Positions 9,283 to 19,513 of a stretch of 64,000 nt of DNA are shown in pieces. The stretch's first letter is position 1; each line of letters starts with the position of its first letter. A model generated the notes under the pieces. It saw nothing but the letters and a program-made list of their open reading frames with translations. It did not search any database and had not been told where the DNA came from. Source of the DNA: a virus; the IMG/VR virus record IMGVR_UViG_3300020731_000012, positions 1 to 64,000 of that record, one strand, 5' to 3'. The translations under genes and the position numbers were made by a program.

Positions 9283-10347
9283 ATGGCTGTTGGTCGAATT
9301 TCAGGTCCGCTCTTAAAGGATAACCTCCTTCGCAACGGGGTTAATTTGTCCTTTGAGACGAGTCTACTATACCTAGATGTTGTTAACAGCCGCGTGGGCA
9401 TTAATACAGCAACACCTGCTTACGACCTTGATGTTAACGGAACTACCCGTTCAACTAACTTATACACTACTACTCAAGCACAGCTGGCAACATTTACCAT
9501 TAGCGGTAATACTATCAGCAGTAGCTCAAATACTATCAACTTAACACCTAATGGTGCTAACCCTACAGTATATTCTGGAACTATTAATGTTGGGAATCTA
9601 GCGTTAGCAGGTAACACACTTAGCTCAACAAATACCAACGGTGCTATTAATATTACCGCTAACGGTACAGGCGCTATTAATTTAAATTCAAATGTACTAA
9701 TTAACGGTAACTTACATGCCACAGGCACTATTACTGCTGACGGAAATATCCAGCTAGGCGATATGCCTACAGATACTATTACATTTACTGGCGAAGTCAA
9801 CAGTAATATTTTACCCAGTGTAACACAAACTTACGATCTAGGTTCTAGCTCATTGCAATGGAATAATGTTTGGGCACAAAATGTTAATGCTACAAACTTA
9901 AACATTACCACTTTCACTGCCAGTAGCGTAACTACTAGCGGTACTCCTAGCTTAACAATAAGCGGCAACACTATTACTGCTAGTGGTACTAACGCCGACA
10001 TTAACTTTTCAACACCAGGAACAGGTGGTGTACTATTAGGTAATTTTAAATTTTATCAAAATACAATTACCAATACAGTATCAAACAGCATAACACAAAT
10101 TTCCGAAACAGGTGCTGGATATGTTAAAATAACAGGTACATATGGTCTAGTTATTCCGTCAGGTTCTAGTGTTGCTCGACCTGCACTAGCTTATACAGAA
10201 ACTGGTATGATACGTTTCAATACCGACCAACAGTATGTTGAAGTATATAACGGCACAACCTGGACTAGTATTGCTGGAGCTTCAAGCGGTATTAGCCAAA
10301 CGCAAGCTAGCGATATTGCTCTAGGCATTGTTATAAGTTTAGGATAA
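9283..10347 (+). CDS. Fibre-like virion protein (paralogue of 8042..9145)
   Basis: ATG 9283 follows SD GGGAG; MAVGRISGPLLKDNLLRNG; same architecture as the upstream gene. Confidence 0.78.
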   Translation: MAVGRISGPLLKDNLLRNGVNLSFETSLLYLDVVNSRVGINTATPAYDLDVNGTTRSTNLYTTTQAQLATFTISGNTISSSSNTINLTPNGANPTVYSGTINVGNLALAGNTLSSTNTNGAINITANGTGAINLNSNVLINGNLHATGTITADGNIQLGDMPTDTITFTGEVNSNILPSVTQTYDLGSSSLQWNNVWAQNVNATNLNITTFTASSVTTSGTPSLTISGNTITASGTNADINFSTPGTGGVLLGNFKFYQNTITNTVSNSITQISETGAGYVKITGTYGLVIPSGSSVARPALAYTETGMIRFNTDQQYVEVYNGTTWTSIAGASSGISQTQASDIALGIVISLG

Positions 10348-10350
10348 AAC

Positions 10351-10914
10351 ATGACGACCGTATTTAAAAATCAATTACAATCTGGAGTTGGCCCAAGTGT
10401 AACACTTACAGCTACAGCAGTACAACCAAGTACTCCAAGCGCAGGTTCTGTAACTTATACATTTACTACGCAGACAGCAATACCGTTCCCTGTGGGATCA
10501 TATATTAGTGTATCAGGCTCAAGTGTTAGCGGATATAACGGACCATTTGGTCCTGTAACAGCCGCAACTACCGGTTCTGTAACTGTGGCAAATGCTACGA
10601 CTGGAGCATCTTCAGGAACTGTAACACTTACTGGATTGTTATTTTCTACAAATGCTTCAGCAAAAACTACAGTAATTGGATTTAGTTTAACAAACACTAC
10701 AGGATTTATTGTAACTGCGTCAGTACAATTAAATGACACAGTAGCAGGAACTACAGCAAATTACATCAGTGCTGTACCAATTCCACCAAATCAAAGTTTG
10801 CGTATAGTTACAGGCGGAGAAAAACTAATACTAGGACCAAGTACTAATGTTATTGTCAACATTAATCAAAGTGCTAGTGTTGATGCAGTATTAAGTTTTG
10901 TTGAAATTAGTTAA
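10351..10914 (+). CDS. Small virion protein with inserted module
   Basis: C-terminal IPPNQSL....EKLIL resembles the 6434 protein; extra ~75-aa 'TFTTQTAIPFPVG...GYNG' module near the N-terminus. Confidence 0.72.
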   Translation: MTTVFKNQLQSGVGPSVTLTATAVQPSTPSAGSVTYTFTTQTAIPFPVGSYISVSGSSVSGYNGPFGPVTAATTGSVTVANATTGASSGTVTLTGLLFSTNASAKTTVIGFSLTNTTGFIVTASVQLNDTVAGTTANYISAVPIPPNQSLRIVTGGEKLILGPSTNVIVNINQSASVDAVLSFVEIS

Positions 10915-10925
10915 GGAGCGATATA

Positions 10926-11288
10926 ATGGGACCACAATATGTAGGCGGACTAGGCGATCAAAATATTTACGGAGACAGCAAGAGATTTTTCTACGGTCTT
11001 CGTCGTAGTGACCCCGATGGTACTTTATATTTTACTCGCATTGATAACTTGACAGACAATGCTACCTACACTATTAATAATCCGGGACTAGCACAAAACG
11101 ATTTTAATGAATTTGAATATGGCCAAGATTTCTTTGACGGTCGATTGGCCGCAGATCATAGTCGACCATACTCAAATTTATATTTTGATCAATATCGTTG
11201 GGACACACAAAACATTTACTATTATCTAAATTCAAACGGTGAATTTGTAGCTAGAGTAAATGCACAGTACTCATCATATCCAGCATAA
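10926..11288 (+). CDS. Hypothetical protein (structural operon)
   Basis: 120 aa, SD AAGGAG, aromatic-rich. Confidence 0.7.
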   Translation: MGPQYVGGLGDQNIYGDSKRFFYGLRRSDPDGTLYFTRIDNLTDNATYTINNPGLAQNDFNEFEYGQDFFDGRLAADHSRPYSNLYFDQYRWDTQNIYYYLNSNGEFVARVNAQYSSYPA

Positions 11289-11318
11289 CTATAAGATAAT
11301 ATTTAGGAAAAGAATAAC

Positions 11319-14300
11319 ATGCCAGAATTTAAATTAGCCAGACTACGATATACGTGGCAAAATGCATGGACTACTGGAACAGTCTATGCTCGAGATTCTA
11401 TTGTTTCTTACAATGGTAAAGTTTATGTTTGTTTGTCACCAAACACCGCTGGCACATTTAGTTCTGACCTAGCTAGTGGATATTGGTCTTTATTAGTCGA
11501 CGGTAAAACTTGGAAAGGCGCATGGCAGTCAGGTACAGGTTATGCACTAGGAAATATTGTATTATACGGTGGCACTGTTTATTATTGTACAACAGCAAAC
11601 ACAGCCAGCGGAAATTTTGCTACTGATATCGGTAACTGGGCAATTTATAGCCAACCAGGCGGCTGGGGCAAAGCATGGACAAGTCTAACTGCTTATGGCA
11701 TCGGACAAGTTGTAACTTATAATGGTATTGTTTATAAATGTACAGTTAATCACATCAGTGGTGTTAGCCTAGAAGCTAATATCAGCAACTGGTCAGTATT
11801 AGACAGTGGTGTTTACTATACCGGTAACTGGACTGGTACTACTGTATATCACTTGAACGACATTGTTAAGGTAGGTGCTCAACTTTGGATCTGTAGCACA
11901 GCCCATACATCTGTAACAGCGTTTGATACTACCAAGTGGACATTATGGATGCCGGGCGAAGAGTATGCTGGACAATGGAGTTCAGTAACGACTTATCAGC
12001 TAAATGATGTTGTTCAGTATGGCGGCTACGAATATATCAGTTTAACATCAAACAACACTAATAATAACCCATATACATCTCCAGCAAACTGGACTATTGA
12101 CACTACAGGCTACAGCTTTAAAGGTAACTGGACTAGCGGCATACTGTATCAAATCGGAAGTGTTGTTCGTAGAAACGGTAACTTGTTTGTAGCACTTACT
12201 GACAACACATCAACAGATCCTATCCTAGTTACACCAACAGCGGCTACTTATGTTGCGGCGGGCAGTTCTGGAACTACAGTAAACGTTACAGGAACTTATA
12301 TAAATTTAATCGTTCCAGGACAAATTTTAGTAGGTACAGGATTCACTAGTGGACAGGTTGTAGTCAGCGTTTCAACTTCAGCACCTTATACTAGCGGTAC
12401 AGTTATTACTGACCGTGCACCTGATTCTACACCGAGCGGTGCAATTTTATTCACCGGAGTGAATTCTACAACTTGGTCATTGGTTGCACCTGGTGTCTAT
12501 TGGAGAAGTTTCTGGGCACTGGCAACAACCTATGTACCAGGCGATCTAGTAATTTGGGGTAATACAACATACAAGTGTATACAGTATCATTCATCTACAC
12601 AGGCTCTACGTCCTGATAATGATTCTACCAACACATATTGGGTAATTTATCTACTACATGCAAGACACAACGCAGGTAACAGTGTAGGCGATATTACAAC
12701 TAATCTTAACGGTACTAACACAGCGTTACCAATAGGACCAAACACTTTTGCACTAAGAGCAACTAACAGTTATCCCGGTTATAGATATATCAATTCTATA
12801 CCTAATGTCTACTATGTAGCTCCAACCGGTACGGACAGTACAACCTATGGAGTCACGGTTGACCAACCTTGGAAGACCATCGCCTATGCTTGCAATCAAC
12901 TACTAAATGGATTTATCAATCAGAATGCCGTTTACTTGTTGTCAGCTAACAAAGAATTTATGGTGCAAGAAATGTACCAATGGATGCTGTTTCAAAAAGC
13001 CAACAGCCTTGCTCCATTTAGTCCAAGCTCAGTATTTGACGCAACTAAGACACCACGTGATGCACGTTTGGTGCTTGATGCAGTTATCTATGACTTAGCG
13101 AGAGGCGGTAATAGTCAAACTGTTGCCGCAACTTTATCATATTTTGCAACTAGTTCATCATTTGTCAACTCAGCAGTTGCAAGTGAAATGCCATATTTTA
13201 TCGCCGCGTTGAATTATCTAGCGTCATTGGTACAGTATATATTAGCTAGTCAAACTCCGCCGGTTAGCTATCAAACAGCTAATAATGTAGCTAGTCCAAT
13301 CGCTCAAGTTACTAGCGGTATACTATGGTCAGAGACTGGCGCCATTGTTCCTGCTAACAACGCAACAATTAATGTAGGACTTGTTTCAAATTGGTGGAAT
13401 ATAAACAACCCCTCTCAAACTGTAGGTTGGAATACAACAATTAACCTAGTAAGAGGAAACACTTATACCTTTGCTCTTGCAACAGGTTCTCCATTAGGAT
13501 CAGTATCTGGAGGATTCTATATTCAAACTACAGGTAACGGATATATTCCGGCTAATGTGTATAATAACGGTGTGATCGGTAATGGTGCTAATTCAGGTAC
13601 AGTAACATTTACTGTTCCTTATAGTGCCCCAAGTGTGCTATACTATCAAAATGGCACAGCTAGTGTAGCATATGGTCGTATCAACATTTATAACAGTACA
13701 GACACAGTACTTCCTGTACCAAGTGCATACACTTCAGCAGGCACTTTGTTTAGTATCCTAACAACCGCATTAACCAACACTAGTACATCATTAGTTCCTA
13801 CAGCCAATAACGGTTTAACAGCAACTATTTTTGTTAAGACAGGAACATACAAGGAAATAATTCCGATTAGTATTCCTGAAAACGTAGCAGTGGTTGGAGA
13901 TGAACTGCGTGGTGTTGTTGTACAACCAGCAACTAGTGTTTCATTAACAATTACAAGTTGTACAACTACAACGTTTACAGCAAATGCAACTACCGGCCTT
14001 ACATCTAACATGCCTGTTCAGTTTGCAGGAACAGCATTTGGTCCTGTTATAACAGGTAACGTAGTTCAAGGCAGTGCAACCATTACTAACTTAACTAGTA
14101 CAACAGGTTTACAAGCAGGACAGACTATCACAGGAAACGGTATTCCTCAATTGACTACTGTTGTCAGCGTCAACGTAGGCGCAAGCAGTATGATTATCAG
14201 CCAACAGGGCACAGCAACAAACAATACTGTACCATTGACAATTGGTAGTGTGACTATTGGACAAACTTATTATGTTGTTCCAGGAAGTATAACAGCTACA

Positions 14301-17300
14301 ACATTTAGTGTATCAACCGCAGTAAATGGATCGGTACTAACATTGCCAGCAACTGTAGGTTCAACTATGACTCTCTACGGTGGATTAGCATTGAGCAACA
14401 TGTTCTACATGCGCAATGGAACTGGACTACGTAATATGACATTGACCGGCTTGTTAGGAACATTGACTGCGCAAAATCAATTCTATACTCAACGTCCAAG
14501 CGGTGGTTCTTATGTAAGTTTAGATCCAGGAGCAGGACCAAACGACACAACTGTATGGATTTTCCGTCGTAGTCCTTATGTGCAAAACGTAACAACATTT
14601 GGTACTGGATGTGTAGGTTATAAAGTAGACGGAACACTACATAATGGTGGAAATAAATCTATAGTATCAAATGACTTTACTCAAGTGTTAAGTGATGGTA
14701 TAGGTATCTGGTGTACAGGTCCGGGCGCATTAACAGAAGCAGTTAGTGTGTTTAGTTACTATAATTACACAGGCTATCTTGCAGAAGCAGGTGGACGTAT
14801 TCGTGCTACCAACGGTAACTCATCATATGGTACATATGGCGTTATCGCTGAAGGTTATGACGTAACAGAAACGCCAGCTAGCGGTGTAGTGTTTAATAGA
14901 TCTGCACAAGTACAAGCACAAGTTCAAAGTTCATTTGGTGCTAACAACACACTTCAAAAGATTTCTTATTCAAATGCAGGTAGTGGTTATTACACAGTTA
15001 CCACTAACTTATTACAATATAGTAATTTGTTTACCAACAGTGCTTGGTACAACGACAGCTATGTTACACTACAACAAAATCAAATAGCACCAACCGGCTA
15101 TAGTGAAGCATGGACATTTACTGGAATCACTTCTTCAACTGATTCCGCTTATCTATATCAAAATTTATCTATCCAGCCAGCTAGCCAAACTTATGTTGCA
15201 GTAACAGGAACTAACATTAGCGGTTCTGGTGCAGGCGCAACATTTAACGTGACTCCTACCGGAGTTGGTTACACTGTAGTTTTAAACTCTGGCGGTAGTA
15301 ATTATGTTTCAGGTAATGTAATTAAAATATTTGGATCACAACTAGGCGGAGTTAATGTCACTAACGATCTTTTAATCACAGTAACAGGATTAAGCGGTAA
15401 CGTGATTACAAATATCAGTAGCACAGGAACACCAATTAGTAGTTCAAGCAAACCTTATGTATTCAGCATATATGCTAAACAAGGTAATGCACCGACATTT
15501 GATGTATATGCTACATTCAGTGGCTCTAATACATTTAAAACAGGCATTACATTTACTTGGTCTACACTAACAGCAACATCAGGCGCTACTGGAGCATACG
15601 CACCAACTGTATTAGGAGTTGTTCCACAACCTGCTACTGGCTGGTATAGAATTTATATGAGTGTGTATGATCAAGGCGGATTGAATAACCAATTACAGAT
15701 TAGATTATATCCAAGAGGACAATTTGGTAATGCAGGCTACACGATCTTCTACGGTGCGCAGTTACAAATCGATCAAGCCGCATCAGTAACACCAATGTCT
15801 TTCTACTTAGAGACACAAAACAAAACTTTTACTAGTTTTGCCAATCTTGAAATTACTGGATCTGGTAACAGTGCTGTTGTTGTTGCCGACGAAACTCGCA
15901 GTGGTTCTGTGTTTCAAACATACATTAACAGTACCAGCGGAGGCGGCGGCTATCTAACAGCAAGTAACCAAGCACAAGGCGGATCTAGTACTTACATCAC
16001 ATTGGCCGCATCAGACATTAATAACGCCAACAATTACTACGGTCTACGTGTGTTTATCACTAGCGGTCTAGGAGTTGGCCAGTATGGATATATTAGTTCT
16101 TACAATCCAACAACAAAAATTGCACAGGTATTACAAGAAAGTTTTGATCAAATTACAGTAACTAGTATTTCTAGTAACTCGTTATTCCTAGGCGGAAGTT
16201 TCAATACTAATCAAATGTATGTTAACCAGGCTATTCAATTTTTGCCTACACAATATAACATTACAATTACACAGTCTAGTCAAGGTACAACTACATTAAC
16301 TAGTGTCACAGGTGGAGTTACTAACGTATTAACTATTACAAGCACTAGCATACTTCAATTGAACATGCCTATTTCATTTAACGGAAGTAACTTACCGGCG
16401 GCTGGTCTTGTAGCAGGTTATACATACTATGTTTCTTCAATTAGTGCAAATGGCACAGATTTCCAAATAGCTACCGGACTATACGGATCAGCATTGCCGT
16501 TAATAACAACAGCTAATGCCAGTGCTATTACATTAGTCTATCCTACTGGAACTGGCTATCTATACGGAACTGGTTCAACAGCTAACATGACTGTTAACCA
16601 ACCAATTACATTCTCGGGTATTACTTTCGCCGGCCTTGTACCAGCAACTACTTATTATGTAAACACCATTGTCGATGCTAACACATTTACTATTTCAAAT
16701 AGTCTAACTATTATTACAGTTACCGCAACTACTGTAACAAGTAATTTGATAACAACATCATCGACTACTGCTAGTTTAACTCTGTTCTATCCAATCGTAT
16801 TTTCAGGAACAACTTTTGGTAATATTGTAGCAGGTACAACTTATTACATCAGCCATATAACTAATTCAACACAATTTACTGTAGCGTCATCATTGGTAAC
16901 TACTTCTGTAACAGCGACCACAGCAGGATCAAATTTGATCACTTGTGTGTCAACTACAGGATTTGTTGCTAACAATCCTATCGTGTTCACTGGTATAACA
17001 TTTGGCGGTATAAGTGTAGAATTTACCTACTATATCTTAGCTATCAACAACTCAACATCATTTACAATCAGTGCATCACCTAATGGTAATGCAATCAATT
17101 TATCAACTGGTGTTGGAGTATTAACTGCTAAAACTACCAGTGCAGATTTTGCATTATCAAGCAATTCAGGATCATTTACAGGAACTAGTACAGGTACTAA
17201 ACGCCTAGTAACTACAGCATCAGGTTCGATGACTGGTACGATTTCTACATCAGTGTTTGGAGGTTCTAACTTAACTCAAGCTACAACATACTATGTACTA

Positions 17301-19487
17301 GCAATTAACAGCGGTAATAATTCATTCACAATTACTAGCGTGTCAAACGGATTAACTGCGGTAACATTAACTAACAGCTCAGGTAGCATGAACGTAGGTA
17401 GTGTAGGTTGGGATCATATTGTTCCAGGCACTCCGATAATTGCCTTGTTAGGAAGCTCAACTCAATATTACATTGAGCCAAGACCAACATTTAGTGATCC
17501 AGCGTTTAGTCAAACAGCTGGAACATCAATAGGTTTAGCCGCTACATTCAGTTACAAATCTATTGCCTACGGTAATAACACATGGTTAGCTTTACCGAGT
17601 GGCGGTGCTGTCGGAGCAATCAGTACAGACGGATTAACTTGGGGATCATTAACATTACCAGCTAGTGCTTCATGGACTAGCATTGCCTACGGAAACAGCT
17701 ATTGGGTAGCGGTTGCTAGCGGATCTAACAATGCTTACTTCTCAGCTACAGCAGGACAAGGATGGAGAACCAATCCATCAGGACTATTGCCAGCAACTAC
17801 AGCATGGAGCCAAGTGGCCTATGGTATGGGAATGTTTGTTGCAATATCTTCCGGATCAACCAATTCAGCATATTCTACTAACTATGGCTATACATGGACA
17901 GCAGGAGCAGGTTTATCTAGCCAAACTTATACAGGACTTGCCTACGGCCTTGGAACATTTGTAGCTGTAGCATCGGGCTCTAGCGTGGCAAACTATAGCA
18001 CAGATGGCATCAACTGGAATACCAGCAACTTGCCTACTACAACAACATGGTCAGGCGTTGCCTATGGTAACGGACGATTTGTTGCGATCTCAAGCACTAG
18101 CGCAGTTTCAGCTTATAGCTTCAACGGCATTACTTGGTACAGTTCTAATTTAACAGTTTCTGGATCTAATATTTCTTACGGTAATGGCACCTTTGTAGTA
18201 GTGAACGGCGGTGCTGGACTTGCTTACATTAGTGAAGATGGATTTAATTGGAAACAAAAAGCTATCACAAGTTCAACTTATACCGCTATGCAGTATGGTG
18301 TTAATTTGTCTACAGGAGTTGGAGTATTTTCAACACTTGCAGGAATACAAACAACTACAGCGTCTGGCATTTTGGCAGGTACAAGAACTAAGGGAAGGTT
18401 TACAGTTACATCTGGATCAATGACAGGATTTAATGCATGGGAGCCTGGTTCAGGTTATACAGCAACTCCAACTGTATCAATATTCGATAATAATGCTACA
18501 AGCCCGTCAACACCGACTCCTCGACTAGGTAACGGAGTGCTTGGTGCTCCGAGTATTCTTAATCCCGGTGTTGGATATGGTCCAACTACAACTTATATTA
18601 CCATTACTGGTAATGGATATGCTAATGCTTATCAAAGTGGTTACACTCTAATTGTTAACAACTTGACAAGTTTACCTAGTCCAGGTGCTAACTTAACCAT
18701 TACTGGTCTTTCAACAGTGTATAAAATTACCAGTGCAAGTGCAATGTTCGGTACGGTAGCTCCAACTATCGAAGCAAACTTACAGATTAATCCAAACATT
18801 ACTAGCACACAAAGTCCAGCAGACGGAACTGCTATTAGTATTCGTAACAAGTACAGTCAGGTTCGTTTAACCAACCATGACTTTTTAAATATTGGTTATG
18901 GTAATTTCCAAAATTCTAATTATCCAGGTTTCCCTGCAAGCGGATATGCGGCAATTACTAATAATCAAACTGTTGAAAATAATTACGGTCGTGTGTTCTT
19001 TACCAGCAGTGACCAAGACGGTAACTTTAAAGTTGGTGCATTGTTTGGAGTCCAACAGTCAACCGGAATCGTTACATTAAGCGTTAGCCAGTTTGGCCTA
19101 GGCGGATTGAACACATTGAGTTTAGGTGGTATTGCAGTCGGTGGTAGTTCAGTAACTATTCAACAATTTAGTACTGACGGAACATTTGCCGCAAACAGTG
19201 ATGGTATAATTCCAACACAAAGAGCTATTAAAACTTACGTAGCAAGTCGACTAAGTCAAGGCGGTAGTAATACATATACATCACAGCTATTAGTTGGTAC
19301 ACTATCGATTGGTGGTCCAAACATTATTTCAAGTCAGATTCCACAAGGAACTGTTGGATTTAGTGCGGTTATGAGAGTAAAAATAAACTTCTCCGGAGCA
19401 AATGCCGCAGTGGTGGGAGCTCCACTAGCATTAGATTATATGTTAGGACACAGTTGGTATCTAGCACAGACCCAAGGTCAGCTATAA
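11319..19487 (+). CDS. Giant virion fibre/appendage protein, 2722 aa
   Basis: N-terminal W.G.W...T.Y...D.V.Y.G..Y.C repeats (CBM5/12-like); beta-helix-like segments (YYVAPTG.D...PWKTI; KTGTY.E..P; GDELR; SNDFTQVLSDGIG); W..IAYGN..FVAV propeller repeats; C-terminal SQVRLT.HDFL.IG domain. Confidence 0.85.
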   Translation: MPEFKLARLRYTWQNAWTTGTVYARDSIVSYNGKVYVCLSPNTAGTFSSDLASGYWSLLVDGKTWKGAWQSGTGYALGNIVLYGGTVYYCTTANTASGNFATDIGNWAIYSQPGGWGKAWTSLTAYGIGQVVTYNGIVYKCTVNHISGVSLEANISNWSVLDSGVYYTGNWTGTTVYHLNDIVKVGAQLWICSTAHTSVTAFDTTKWTLWMPGEEYAGQWSSVTTYQLNDVVQYGGYEYISLTSNNTNNNPYTSPANWTIDTTGYSFKGNWTSGILYQIGSVVRRNGNLFVALTDNTSTDPILVTPTAATYVAAGSSGTTVNVTGTYINLIVPGQILVGTGFTSGQVVVSVSTSAPYTSGTVITDRAPDSTPSGAILFTGVNSTTWSLVAPGVYWRSFWALATTYVPGDLVIWGNTTYKCIQYHSSTQALRPDNDSTNTYWVIYLLHARHNAGNSVGDITTNLNGTNTALPIGPNTFALRATNSYPGYRYINSIPNVYYVAPTGTDSTTYGVTVDQPWKTIAYACNQLLNGFINQNAVYLLSANKEFMVQEMYQWMLFQKANSLAPFSPSSVFDATKTPRDARLVLDAVIYDLARGGNSQTVAATLSYFATSSSFVNSAVASEMPYFIAALNYLASLVQYILASQTPPVSYQTANNVASPIAQVTSGILWSETGAIVPANNATINVGLVSNWWNINNPSQTVGWNTTINLVRGNTYTFALATGSPLGSVSGGFYIQTTGNGYIPANVYNNGVIGNGANSGTVTFTVPYSAPSVLYYQNGTASVAYGRINIYNSTDTVLPVPSAYTSAGTLFSILTTALTNTSTSLVPTANNGLTATIFVKTGTYKEIIPISIPENVAVVGDELRGVVVQPATSVSLTITSCTTTTFTANATTGLTSNMPVQFAGTAFGPVITGNVVQGSATITNLTSTTGLQAGQTITGNGIPQLTTVVSVNVGASSMIISQQGTATNNTVPLTIGSVTIGQTYYVVPGSITATTFSVSTAVNGSVLTLPATVGSTMTLYGGLALSNMFYMRNGTGLRNMTLTGLLGTLTAQNQFYTQRPSGGSYVSLDPGAGPNDTTVWIFRRSPYVQNVTTFGTGCVGYKVDGTLHNGGNKSIVSNDFTQVLSDGIGIWCTGPGALTEAVSVFSYYNYTGYLAEAGGRIRATNGNSSYGTYGVIAEGYDVTETPASGVVFNRSAQVQAQVQSSFGANNTLQKISYSNAGSGYYTVTTNLLQYSNLFTNSAWYNDSYVTLQQNQIAPTGYSEAWTFTGITSSTDSAYLYQNLSIQPASQTYVAVTGTNISGSGAGATFNVTPTGVGYTVVLNSGGSNYVSGNVIKIFGSQLGGVNVTNDLLITVTGLSGNVITNISSTGTPISSSSKPYVFSIYAKQGNAPTFDVYATFSGSNTFKTGITFTWSTLTATSGATGAYAPTVLGVVPQPATGWYRIYMSVYDQGGLNNQLQIRLYPRGQFGNAGYTIFYGAQLQIDQAASVTPMSFYLETQNKTFTSFANLEITGSGNSAVVVADETRSGSVFQTYINSTSGGGGYLTASNQAQGGSSTYITLAASDINNANNYYGLRVFITSGLGVGQYGYISSYNPTTKIAQVLQESFDQITVTSISSNSLFLGGSFNTNQMYVNQAIQFLPTQYNITITQSSQGTTTLTSVTGGVTNVLTITSTSILQLNMPISFNGSNLPAAGLVAGYTYYVSSISANGTDFQIATGLYGSALPLITTANASAITLVYPTGTGYLYGTGSTANMTVNQPITFSGITFAGLVPATTYYVNTIVDANTFTISNSLTIITVTATTVTSNLITTSSTTASLTLFYPIVFSGTTFGNIVAGTTYYISHITNSTQFTVASSLVTTSVTATTAGSNLITCVSTTGFVANNPIVFTGITFGGISVEFTYYILAINNSTSFTISASPNGNAINLSTGVGVLTAKTTSADFALSSNSGSFTGTSTGTKRLVTTASGSMTGTISTSVFGGSNLTQATTYYVLAINSGNNSFTITSVSNGLTAVTLTNSSGSMNVGSVGWDHIVPGTPIIALLGSSTQYYIEPRPTFSDPAFSQTAGTSIGLAATFSYKSIAYGNNTWLALPSGGAVGAISTDGLTWGSLTLPASASWTSIAYGNSYWVAVASGSNNAYFSATAGQGWRTNPSGLLPATTAWSQVAYGMGMFVAISSGSTNSAYSTNYGYTWTAGAGLSSQTYTGLAYGLGTFVAVASGSSVANYSTDGINWNTSNLPTTTTWSGVAYGNGRFVAISSTSAVSAYSFNGITWYSSNLTVSGSNISYGNGTFVVVNGGAGLAYISEDGFNWKQKAITSSTYTAMQYGVNLSTGVGVFSTLAGIQTTTASGILAGTRTKGRFTVTSGSMTGFNAWEPGSGYTATPTVSIFDNNATSPSTPTPRLGNGVLGAPSILNPGVGYGPTTTYITITGNGYANAYQSGYTLIVNNLTSLPSPGANLTITGLSTVYKITSASAMFGTVAPTIEANLQINPNITSTQSPADGTAISIRNKYSQVRLTNHDFLNIGYGNFQNSNYPGFPASGYAAITNNQTVENNYGRVFFTSSDQDGNFKVGALFGVQQSTGIVTLSVSQFGLGGLNTLSLGGIAVGGSSVTIQQFSTDGTFAANSDGIIPTQRAIKTYVASRLSQGGSNTYTSQLLVGTLSIGGPNIISSQIPQGTVGFSAVMRVKINFSGANAAVVGAPLALDYMLGHSWYLAQTQGQL

Positions 19488-19490
19488 AGA

Positions 19491-19496
19491 TAAATA
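19491..19496 (+). promoter_or_regulatory. Late promoter TAAATA
   Basis: Between the two giant genes, followed by SD GAGGA and ATG 19514. Confidence 0.7.
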
Positions 19497-19513
19497 TTAT
19501 CAGAGGATAAAAA